Positions 22,801 through 33,343 of a DNA stretch of 64,000 bases are shown one piece after another; positions within the stretch are counted from its first letter, which is position 1; the number at the start of each line of letters is the position of its first letter. Location of the stretch: contig QPMI01000096.1 of assembly GCA_004431415.1 (NCBI GenBank), positions 62,001 through 126,000 of the forward strand. Reading direction: 5' to 3'. Made by a program: the position numbers and the translations under genes. Below the pieces are notes generated by a model. That model did no database searches and was not told the DNA's origin. It was given only the letters and a program-made list of their open reading frames with translations. The DNA is from Cyanophora paradoxa CCMP329 (taxonomy: Eukaryota > Plantae > Glaucophyta).

Positions 22801-25800
22801 ACAGCTTGACCAAGCCGCTTGTATAGAGTCTCAGCTTCTCGCCGCGTCGTCTGGCTTGCTGAAGCGGGGCGGGGGCGGGGGGCGGGCGCAGGTGTGCCGG
22901 GCGAAGAAGGGGGCGCGGCCGCGGCCCCCGCGGGAGCTCGAGGCCAGCTTCGGGCGCCCCGCCTCCACCTGCCGCCTGTGCGCCCGCCCCGCCCCGCCCC
23001 GCCCCGCCCCGCTGCTCGCCGCTAGGCTTCTGAAAGCAAGAACTAGCCTTCTAAACTAAGCGCGTGGCACTTCCGCTCTCTTCCGCACGCTCTGAGCCCG
23101 CCCCCCGCCCGCCCCCCGTGCGGCAGGTGCGAGTTCGCTCCGGCGGGCGACGAGGGGACCGCCCCGCGCCTCGCCGCCGTCGACGGCCACGACGTCCGGG
23201 TACCCCCCTACCCTCCCCTTCTTCCCACCCTTATTCCCTGAGGCGGCCGGGACCGCAGCTGTTCGACGGGCGGGCGGGGGCGGAGCTGGCGTCGCGGCGC
23301 CTCCCCGCCGAGCTCGCCTCCGTCTCCTTCGCCCCCGACGGCCGCACCCTTGCCGCCCTCCCCCTCGTGCGCAAATTTAGAATCGTGCTGCTCCTTTCGA
23401 CCTTTCGAGCCGGGCCGCAGGCGCCGGGCCCGGTGGCGCTGCTAGAGGGGCGGACCCTGCGCCCCCTCCGCGTCATCGAAGGCCTGCCTCTCCGCGCCCT
23501 CGTCTGGGCCCCCTCCTCCGTCTACCTCGTCGCCATCGCCGCCTTCCACCCCGCCGTGCGCGCCCGCCCGCCCGCCCCCCAGCAGAGCAGAACAGGAGCT
23601 TAAAATAGAAAGCCTGAGCCTGGCTTGCCCCTCAGATCGCGTCCGAGGCGGCCGGCAAGCGCCTCCGCGTCGAGTACCTGCGCCTCATCCAGGCGGGCTC
23701 GAGCTCGAATCCCCGCCGACCCACTTTATTTTACGCGTCATATAATTACGCTTCGCGCAGTCCTCGACGGGGGCGGAGTTCGGGGCGCTGCCCTTCGAGC
23801 ACCCGGCGCCCCCAGACGCCGCCGCCGCCGCCGGGCGCCTCTGCCCCGTCTCCTACTGTAGCCCCCTTCCCCTCCCCCACGCCCTCCTCTCCACGCCTCT
23901 ATTCTCCTCTCACTCTCTGTCTCTCTGCGCAGGCGTGTTCAGCCCGGACGGGCGGCGGCTGCTGGTGCGGCTGGAGACGGACCACGAGAACATGCACACC
24001 CTCGAGGCGCGCCGGGGCGGGCCGGGGCGGGGCGGGGCCGGGGCCGGGGCGCGGCCTTCGGGACTCTCTAGCTTCTCTCGGCCTTAAAGAAGAGGCTGAA
24101 AGATGCTTAAACAGAGCTCTCTAGTTCTTAGACTCGGGCCCCCTCCTCGCCCTCGAACCCCTCCTCGCCCCTGCTTCGGCGGGGCCCGTGACGGCTCGCT
24201 TCGAGGATGCATAGTCTCGGCTCGCTTCTGACCCCTTCTCGCTTCTGCCTCTTCTCGTGGGACCCTGACCTCAAACTTCCTCCCTCCCTCCCTCCCGTCC
24301 CTCGCCGCAGATGTACGACATGGGGAACCTTCGGTCCATCCAGCGCACCGAGGCCCGCCCCCGCCCCGCCCCCGCCCCCGTCCCCGCCCGCCCGCCCGCC
24401 CGCCCGTACGCGGCCGTCCGACGCTGGCGCCGCCCGATCGCGAGCAGGCGCGGGCGACGGGGATCTGGACGTCGCAGTACGAGCGGCGGGGCGCGGCGCG
24501 GCGCTTCGGGGCCGCCTGGTCCGAGGACGGCTCCCGAATCGTCGCCCAGGAGGACACTGAGGTCCTCGTGCGCGCCTTTACCTTATAAAAAGCTTGAAGA
24601 AGCTCAAAGAAGCTTAAGTAATACCTTAGATTCATGAAGGGAGACTGCTTCTCTTCGGCTGAGGGGCGGCAGGTGTGGGGCGTGGAGCGGGACGGGCGGC
24701 TGCAGCCGATCGCGTGCTTCGCCCCGCACGGCCCCCGCCTCCAGGCGAGCGCGCGCGCGCGCCGGGCCCCGCGCCCCTCCCCGCCCCCGCGCGTTCCCTC
24801 CCCTCCCCGCCCCGCCCACTCACTCCGGGCCTGCCTGCGCATGCAGCACGTGTGCCTGGCGCCGCCGGCCCTCCCCGGGGCCTCCCCCGCCCTCGTCACC
24901 ACCGCCGACGACGGCTCCGCTCGCGTGCGCCAAGCCCCGCCGGCCGGCAGGAAGAGCAGGGACGGGAAGCGAGCCGGCCGCCCGGCACGCAGGTGTGGAG
25001 CCTGGAGGCCGTGGAAAACATGTACCCCGCCCGGGGCCGCACCCGGGGCGCCCCGACCTTCTCCTCCATGCGCGCCGCCGGCGCCGCCGCCGCCCGCGCC
25101 CGGGTAACCCCCCTTTGCCCTCCTCTCCCGACCCCTCCTTCTTCTCTCTTAACCGCTCGCCCAGGACGCGGCGGCGGCCGCCGTTGCCGCGGGGGCGGAA
25201 AAGGCCGCGCCGGGGACCGAACCCTGGAACTTCAGCGTCGTCGCCGTCGTGCGCCGCGGCGACGCCCCTCGTTCGAATTCGAATTCCATCCCGCCGAAAT
25301 CGCGTACCCCCGCGCAGGCGGCCGGCGGGCGCTGGCTCTACTCCGGCGAGGTCGGGCACCTGACTGGCGAGTCCATCATACGGGTACCCCCCTCCCGCAT
25401 TCCGCCGTTTCCCGCTCGGCCGACGCGCCGCAGGCGTGGCCGGTCGATGGGAGCTCCGTCCGCGCGAGCGGTGGCGCGGGGTACGTATACGCGCGCGCCG
25501 ACGCTTAAAAAGATCCGGACCCCATTTCGATTCTTCGTTCGCAGAGACGTGACCTCGCGGGCGCGGCCGGGGTACAAGAACTCGGCCAGCGTCGCGGCGC
25601 TCGCGTGTTCGCCCGACGGGAAGCTGCTCGCCGCGTACTTCCGCCGCCACGGCCTCGTCGTGCGCAACCGCGTACCCCCCCTCATTTTCGAGTTCAAACT
25701 TTCGAACTCAGATCCTGGATGCCGAGACGTTCGCGGTGCTGGGGTCCACCCCCGTGCCGGCGGGCGGGGAGGAGGCGGCCGGGGTGCGGGCGGCCCCCGG

Positions 25801-27380
25801 GGCGGCCCCCGGAGCCGCCGCGGACGTCCTCTTCGACGGGAAGGGGGCGCGGCTCGCCCTCGTGCGGCCCCGCTCGGTGCTCCTTTGGGAGACCTCCGCC
25901 CTCCTCCTCCGCCCGGGCGGGGCCGGGGCCGGGGCAGGGGCGGCGGAGCGGGTCCCCGAGTCGGCGGCGATCGTGCACCGGAAGACGCGCAGCGGCCACA
26001 TCGAGTACTTCGCCTGGTCAGAGAGAGAGAGAGCGCGCAAGCAAGCGAGCGGCTCCGCTGAGGGGCCCGCGCCGCAGGTCGAAGGAGGACTTTGCGGTGT
26101 CGGCGGCGGCCTTCGCGCCCCCGGACGCCTCCTCCCGCCTCCTCGTCCTCCAGGCGACCCTTCCTCTGCCCCTTCGCTCCGCTCGCTCGCACTTTACCGC
26201 TCACGCCGGTACCCCCCTCCCGCCCCGCCCCCGCCCCCGCAGGGCAAGGGCCTGTCGCTGTACGAGGCCGCGACGGGGGCGCGCCTCGCGACGTGGCGCC
26301 TGCCCTCCCCCGCCGACCTCTTTGGCCTCGGCACCCGCCCAAGGTCAGCGCTCGCCTCTCCTCTACTTGCGTCGAGAGGCTCGGGTCGAGCCACGGGGCG
26401 CCTGCGCAGGCCGCCGGGCGGAGGCGGCGGCGCCGCTGGCGCGCCGCCCGCGGACGTGGGCCCGACCTTTGCGGTCGGGGCGGGGCCGGGCCGCGAGCGG
26501 CGGGGCGGAACCAGCCGCAGCAGCGGGCGGACGCGTGGGCGGCGGAGACGGGGCGGCCGCGGGCGGCGCGGGGGCTCAGCGTCTCCCCCGACGGCCGCCT
26601 CCTCGCCATGGACGCTTACGCCCGCTCCGTCCAGGCGCCCGTACCCCCCTCCCCCCACTTCTTTACTTTACGTTACTAACGCCCTCCCCCACCATCCTTC
26701 AGGTCTTCGACGCGACGCGGCTGTGGGGGGCGACGCCCGAGCAGCTCGCCGCGTGCTTCGACGAGGAGCAGGTCACAGCGGACCTCGCCGCCTGGTCCGC
26801 CGGCCCCCGCCCCCCGCCACCTTCCCTCCCTTTCCCTTGGTCTCTGACCTCAGTCTCCCTTAGGTTCCCGCCGCGCTTCGTGCTGCGGTTCGGGCAGCCG
26901 GTGGCGTCGGCCGCCTTCGTGCCTCTGGCCGCGGCTCCCGGGGCGGCGCCCCGGCACGCGCTCGCGACGGCGGCCGGGCACGAGCTCACCGTCCACGAGC
27001 TCGCCCCGGGCTCCGTCCGCCGCGTGCGCCCGCCCGCCCCCTCCGAATTTTACTGTCCCTACGCAATTTCGATGATAAACTCTCTACGATTAGCTCCTCT
27101 TGCCACACATTTCCCACTTCGGGGAGGCTGACCGACGGCGCGGCCGGCTCCGGCTCCGGGCCGCGGGGGGGCGCAGCTGCACGTGTACCAGGCGGACAGG
27201 GACCTCGTCGCCTGCGCCGCCGCCGCCCTGGCCCCTTCGAATTCCCCGCCCCCCCCCCCCTCCGGGGGCCCGACGCTGGGGATCGCGGCGGGCGACTCGG
27301 GGGGCACCCTCCACTTCCTCCGCTCCGCCGCCCCCTCCGGGCCCCCCGCCCCCGCCCCCGCCCCGCAGTCTCCAGCTTGA
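13863..27380 (+). CDS. DUF4062 + NACHT NTPase + WD40-repeat protein (TEP1/NWD-like); many exons. Joining of the Gln/Pro-rich N-terminal exons (13863-16200) is tentative
   Basis: Spliced DUF4062: LKVFVSSTFR|DMH|GERNVIARTVFPQL..V|DLRWGLTKE|..CLEQ|LDECRPYVIVLLGGRYGW..SIT|SMEI. Walker A GPP|GYGKSS; Walker B VVVIDALNQL; GSPLYLVTAIEEL; LLAVSRGGLTEAEL. WD-like repeats (VAPDG, FAPDG, FSPDG, CSPDG) and terminal IAAGDSGGTLHFL. Stop at 27380. Confidence 0.85.
21740..21855. repeat. Intronic minisatellite, ~16-20-bp unit GATRCTAGA-GAAG
   Basis: gatgctagacgaagcccgatactagaggaagacgatgctagagaa..gatactagggaaagaagatgctagacgaagcccgatgct seen directly. Confidence 0.75.
22595..22840. repeat. Intronic degenerate direct repeats (cgccgcttatatagagagtcgtYcaattct)
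   Basis: Near-identical copies at ~22605 and ~22703, plus partial copies at ~22650 and ~22815. Confidence 0.7.
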
Positions 27381-27937
27381 TCGATATCCGGGATCTCGGA
27401 TAACGTTTCTGATCGATGCCTTGTTTGGCAGCACTCGTTCCGTCTGGAGCACACGGCCTAGGGCCTAGGCCTGGGCCCTGGTTCGAGGCTAGGGCCGCTG
27501 CGCCCTTTGGCGAGACTCTTGACTTCACGATCAGCTGCAGGCTGCAGCCTGCAGCAGCATACCGCTGCATACGCATACAAGCAGGGGGGGCTCCGCCCCC
27601 CCCGCACCCCCCCCGCTTGCTAGCTGGGTACAGACCGTACAGCACAGCTCGTATTTTTCCCAATCGACTCGACATGCCCGTTGTATGGGCAAGGGCAGCC
27701 GGCGATCGCGATAACTTTTCACCCGCTTCGAGCCGGCTAGCGCTGTGCGCGCATGCGCCTACGTGAGCGTGTAGCCGGCAAGCTATCGGGTAGATTAGTG
27801 GTAGACCGGTCCCAGCCAACCCAATAGCCGAAGAGCGATTTCATTTTAACCGGTTTTCAGCCGTGTTGGCCCAGTGGGTGAACTTGGGTCGACCGGTAAA
27901 AAAAACGAGCTGTGAGCTATATATATAAGTCCATGGA

Positions 27938-28103
27938 TTTAAATTGTCCAATCACGAAATCGCTCGAGTTTCCGACTGGGGCTTTTTGACTCGACTCGCC
28001 GTAGTGAGCAATTTTAACGTACCCGGCCGGTTTAAGTTTAATTGTCCAATCACCAAATCGCCCGAGTTTCAGACTGAAGCTTTTTGACTCGACTCGCTGT
28101 AGT
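27938..28103. repeat. Two ~67-bp direct repeats, each containing CCAAT, in AT-rich intergenic DNA
   Basis: ttta(a)attgtccaatcacSaaatcgcYcgagtttcMgactgRRgctttttgactcgactcgcYgtagt at 27938-28005 and 28037-28103. Confidence 0.8.
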
Positions 28104-29064
28104 AAACGATTGGCGGTTTCCGCCAGCGAAAGGGTCCCATGGGTACACGAAACCACAGTACTACGCGGGCTGGAACCGCTTGTTTTTTTACTACTCAACA
28201 AATGAAAGAGAGCGTCGGCCGCAGAGTTGCAATTTCCCAGCCTGGCCTGGTACTGTGGTGAAAAGGTACTATAGTTCATTGTACTACTGTTACTACTAGT
28301 AGTACTCTGATAATTAAAAGTTCTGCCGCAGTGCAGAAGGCGCCGCCTCCGCCGCGCCAGCCTGGCAGCGCGCGCGCGCGGCGCCACGCTGGCGCCGGGC
28401 CTGGCGCCGGGCCGCCGGCATGGCAACATTGGCAAGCTACCGGTAGCGCTAAACAGCGCCGCTCCGCCGGCCGCGGCGCGGCCCGGCCCCGGGCCGCCGG
28501 CCCGACGCCGGGGCCGACGGCCGATCGACTCCGGGCCGAGTCCGCCCGCGGCCGCGATTGCGAACTTTCGTTTCGCAAAAAAGGCATTCAGGGGGGGTAG
28601 GCTGTCGGAGTCGTTGGGGCTACGCTTAATTATAAGCTGCAGCTGCCAGCTAGCGCGCGCGCGCGCTGCCCGGCCGCTGCAACTGCAGCCTGCACAGGGC
28701 GCGCGGGCGGCGGGCCTCGAGCTCGGGCTTCGCGATCGGCATCATCGCCGCGCCTTGAACTCCTCGCGGACTAGTACTCGGACTCGGAGAGCGCTAGCCT
28801 GAGCGCTAGCCTGAGTAGGCGGCTCCACACGCTCGCTGGCGGCCGCGCGCGGCTACGGTAGGCGGCTTGCACAGAGCGCGCGCCTTGAACTTTTCATAGC
28901 TCTGCCGGACTCGGACTCGCGCCCGCGCTCCGGCCGCGCGCGGGCCCGGTGCTCCGACCTCCGAGCCTAGTAGCTCATCATCAGCGCGCGGCTCAATGCA
29001 ACGATGATCAGTCTGTAGGTAACAGCCGTCGGAAGTCGATAGCACGACGACCATCGCAACCGAA

Positions 29065-31466
29065 ATGCAGCTGCGCGCGGGACCGGCCGCAGCGTCTAGT
29101 TCTGCGGCCGGCGACCCGCTCTGCCTTCCGCCAGCCGGTCTCATGCATGGCGAGTGGCGCCTGTCGGGATCGTCTCCAGCTTCGAATGCACCGGAACTCT
29201 CGTCGCCAGCGCCCGAACACTCCGGGGCCGGGCGCGAGCCTTCTGGGCTCGCCGGTCTGTCTGGAGCGCCGCTCTCGCAAGGGGCGCGCCCAGCCGCGGC
29301 GCTTCCTCTCAGCTCGGAGGTGGCAGCCGGCGTCGACGCACGCGGGCGGGCGCCGGCGCAGCAGCCGTCTCCCTCGCGCGGCGCGCTGCCGCTGCCGCCC
29401 GCCCTAAGCCTGCCGGCCCCGCCCGACTCCGGCCGCGGTGCTTCCGCCTCGAGCCCCGCCGTACCCCGATCGCGGTCCTTCTCCCCAGGCCCCCCCCACG
29501 CGGAGCACGGGCAGTTCGACCGCGTACGTGTGTACCCCCTCGATCCGGACCGCTTCCCCCCCTCGGCCTCGCTCTTCAGGTCGGGCGGCCCCCCCAAAAA
29601 AATTAGAATCCTCTCGGCTGATTTTCGGCGCAGGCGCTGGGTCGCGGCCACGCCCCGCCCCCGCGTCGTTTCGCGGCTCCTCTTTCTGTATGGCATACGC
29701 CCCCCGGGCCGCCTCTCCCTCCTCCACTCCGTCCTCTCCATCGCCCTGTCCGCCTTCTTCTTCACTTGGGTACCCCCTGCCCGCCCGCTCTGTTTCGTGC
29801 ATGCACCCGCCAAACATCCGATCGCTCACTGCGGCTCCCGCTTGAACGTGCACAGGTCGTCGTCTGGTGCTCGCAGCTCGAGGGCGGCGCGTTCCTCGCG
29901 GTAAATGCAGCGCTAGCCGGCTCGCTTTGCTCGAATTCCTTCGTTCATTTCGGGGTGCCTCCGCTGACATCGATCGCCGCGTGTTCGCTTTCCCGAATCA
30001 GAGCGTCTTCGGCCTCGGAACCTCCGCGATGCTCTTCTCTCACGTCTGTGCGCCCGCGGAGTTTCCTCCCCCGCGTACCCCCCGATTCGTCTGATTCGAA
30101 CGCGTACCCCCAGACGTCGTGTACCTCGTTCGCACGGGCGGCTTCCCCGGCCCCGTCCTCTTCACGGAGGGGGTAGAGGCGTCCCTGGTGCTCCAAAGGA
30201 TCCGCCGGTGCGCTCCCGGGATCGCCGCCACCGAGGCAGGTCCTAATACGGGTACCGGCAAACGGGCAGTTCCGAGGTGACGATTCTGGTGAGTACGCTG
30301 TTCTCCTTCTCGGCGATCGCCACGCTGCACGTCATGACGTGGCACGATACGCTTCTGTGCGGGCCCCTACCCCCCCTCGAGCGCCCCCCCTCCCACTTTT
30401 CTTTCGGCTCATGCCGTTGTCCCCCCCAGGTTTGGGTCGCCGAGGGTCCAGGGAGGCGTTTTTGCGGTCGCCCTCTTGGGATGCATTGGGTAACCCCGTC
30501 CCTCCCCCCCTCCAAAACGCGACTGTACCCTGATCGTGAGCGTCAGGGGCATGCTGGCGACGTGGATCCTCAGCGCGGCCCGCGAGGCTGAAGTGTGCGT
30601 GCTCTTGCCTCGCGCACGCACACGCCTTTGTACCCGGCGACCAATCCCCCCCCCCTCTTCTTTCGACAGCTTCGTGTTCCGAACGAAGTTCTATCAGATC
30701 GCGGGCGGTCTGATGCATCTTCTCGCCACGCCGGCGCCGGCGCCGGCGCCGGTCCCCGTCGGCCTGCAGCCCGCGGGCCCGAGCCAGAGCCAGGGCCAGG
30801 GCCAGGGCCAGGGTCTCTCGTTCCGCCCCAGCGCCGGCGCCGGCGCGGCGAACTACAAGCAGGCGTCCGAGCCGGGGCCCTTCTCCGCCCCCGCCTCGGC
30901 CGCCGCCCTCCGGCGCGAGAGGCGCGCCTCCGTCCGCGCCTCCTCGCCGGCCCAGGCCCTGGCCCAAGCGCACGGCCACAGGCGCGCCTCGTCGCCCGCC
31001 CTCGCCATGAACTCCCCCCTCCTCGGCCCCCTCCCTTCCACCCCGGACGCCTGGTCGGGCGGGGCTCCCTACACGGGAACGGGCCGCCACAGCCCCTCCG
31101 ACCTCTCCGACCGCGGGGCCGAATCCATGCCCGTGCGCGATCGCGATGCTCGTAGAATCTGGCCGAGTCTCACCTGAGATAGTAAATCCCGCGCCCCGCG
31201 CGCGCTCGCAGCTCATTACCGTCGCGGATAGCATCCAGTCCTCGGTCCTCGCCATCGCGCCCCCGGCGGTCCTGGAAGACGTGGAGGAGATGATCGACCA
31301 GGCCATCCTCTTCGGTGCTTATCGCGTACCCAGAGTTTTCTATCTTTAGTAGCGTGAGCTGAGGGGCGGCGCGCGCGCGCGCGCAGGGGAGCTGATGGCT
31401 GCCGCGTGCCGCCGGTGGCAGCCCTACATCGCCTACTGGCTCTTCGCCCTCTGGAGGCGACCCCCT

Positions 31467-31497
<31 letters not shown>

Positions 31498-32227
31498 TTT
31501 CCCTCGAGCGCGACGCCGCGACTGACCCTGGATCTGTACCCCCCGCGCAGCATCCTGATATCCGTCTCCTACGAATTCGTGTACGGGTCCGCGTCCTTCG
31601 GCGGCCGCATCTCCCTGGCCGTCGCCTGTGCGATTATTTCAATGTGATCGGAACACGCGATGGGATTCAGCTAAGAGCCTGTACCCCGCAGCCGTCGTGA
31701 CCCTGGGCACGCTCTTCCCCATGGTGCGCCTGGCCCCTTTGAATATCGAATCATTATTATTGAATCGCGCGGAATCGATTCGAACCGCAGATGATCGGCT
31801 GCGCGCGGGTCACGCACGCCTGGCGCACCATTGTCGAGGTTCGTGCAAGCGCGCATGTACCCCCCTCGAGCTCCTCTTGGGGTCCGAGGCCGGGGCCGCG
31901 CGCGCGCGCAGAACAACGCGCTGGCGGTGGCGTCGCTGCGGGGCTCGGCGGCGCTGCGGGCGCGCCTGCGGGACTTCCACATCCTCCTCACCGACGCCCA
32001 GACCCGCGGCGTCGGCCAGTGGATGGTCCTCGGCATCGGCGTCTCCTACGGTGCCCGGCCCCCGCTTTAACTTCACTGATCATGAGTCCTGAAGAAGCTT
32101 TGATTTGAATTTCGCATCTGACGCTGTACCAGGCCTCCTGGCCAAGTTCCTGTACCTCATCCTTTCTGGCGCTGTCTTCCTCGTCCGCTTCGCCGTCTCG
32201 GGCTCCTCCCGCCCCGGGCCCATATAG
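29065..32227 (+). CDS. Multi-pass membrane protein, DUF3537 / 7TMIC (gustatory-receptor-like) superfamily candidate; start uncertain
   Basis: Spliced C-terminal half: ..WQPYIAYWLFALW|SILISVSYEFVY..AVVTLGTLFPM|MIGCARVTHAWRTIVE|NNA..RARLRDFHILLTDAQTRGVGQWMVLGIGVSY|GLLAKFLYLILSGAVFLVRFAV*. From memory, this resembles the DUF3537 'AAKITH' and 'GITVFG' motifs and the TM7 region. Confidence 0.55.
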
Positions 32228-33343
32228 CTATATAACTGTCGTGTCTTGATATCTATTTATTATAATATTACAACTTAGAAGAGTTAACGTTATTCAATGA
32301 TTTGTGCTTGCGAATCGCATCGCGGTCGATCATCGGATATCGACATCGATCAGCTGTCAGGCTGACTCAGTGATCGACGTCGCCGCCCTGGCGCTCGGCT
32401 ATGGTATTAATTCAGATCACGTCGACTGTCGGTACCGTTTCCGAGAAGTTCCGGTGCAGTATGTATACGTATACGTACGTATACCCGCACCGCGCTGGCG
32501 CCAGCCTGGCAGTGCCAGCGCTAGCGCCGGATGCATGCGCATGCATATCAATTGCAATGCGGCGCGCCGCGGGCCGCGATCGCGCGCGGCCGGCGCCGGC
32601 GCGCCGCGCGCGGGGCCAATCGACATCGATATCGATGTCGACACCGGGCCCGGGGCGCCCGCTAGGCTATATAGCTCCTCCGGCGCCCTCCGCGGCCGGT
32701 GTAGGCCGGGGGCGGCCGGGCGCCGACGCGTACGCCGCCGCCTATGCATGCATGGGCCCTGGGGGCCGCCGCCGCCGCCGCCTCGGGGGGCCGGTACCGG
32801 TGGGGGCCCGATCGCGACCGGGTACCGGTACCTAGGCTGGAAATCTGCGGGAATCCAGGCACGTGCGTGGGTACGTCGTATGGGCATGTATATATGTGTG
32901 CGCCGTGCTGCAATTGGTCGACAACACTCAATCGTGTTTTTTGGAAATAAGTGACCAAAAAATGTACCGAAAGCTCGTTAATGTTGTACCCGGAGCTCGA
33001 GATCGGAGAGCCACTACTGTAGCTGCACTATCGCGAGCTTAGCGCTTGACTTCGACTACGGGGGGGACGAGTACAGTAGGCTACTTGGGCGGCGCCGGCT
33101 GCGAGGGCGGTTCATCCCAGCCAGCAGATTCCCAAGGAAGCAGCAGCTCCCTCGCCGGGCTTAGGCCAGGAGACGGAAGCGCGGACGTCGACCGGGAGCG
33201 AAGCCACTCTACGCAGCAGCGCCCGTCGCCCGGCGAAGTTGGCCGCAGAAATCGCGCCCCAGCAGCCGTTTTTGCGCTCTGACCGACATTGGCACCCCCA
33301 GCGCACTCGCCAGCGTGCACGGTGACGGTGAGCAGCTGCAGCG

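Noticed and set aside
16400-27380. Alternative genetic code or pseudogene, suggested by frequent stops and frameshifts between motifs
   Set aside because: The breaks I traced are explained by short GT-AG or GC-AG introns that restore the frame.
27790-28200. hAT/MITE terminal inverted repeats
   Set aside because: Only ~10 bp of imperfect inverted similarity was found, with no convincing TSD.
31465-31495. Long poly-C/poly-G runs (also ~34640, 44630, 61730) as functional G-quadruplex elements
   Set aside because: They are ubiquitous in introns here and homopolymer lengths are unreliable, so there is no specific evidence of function.
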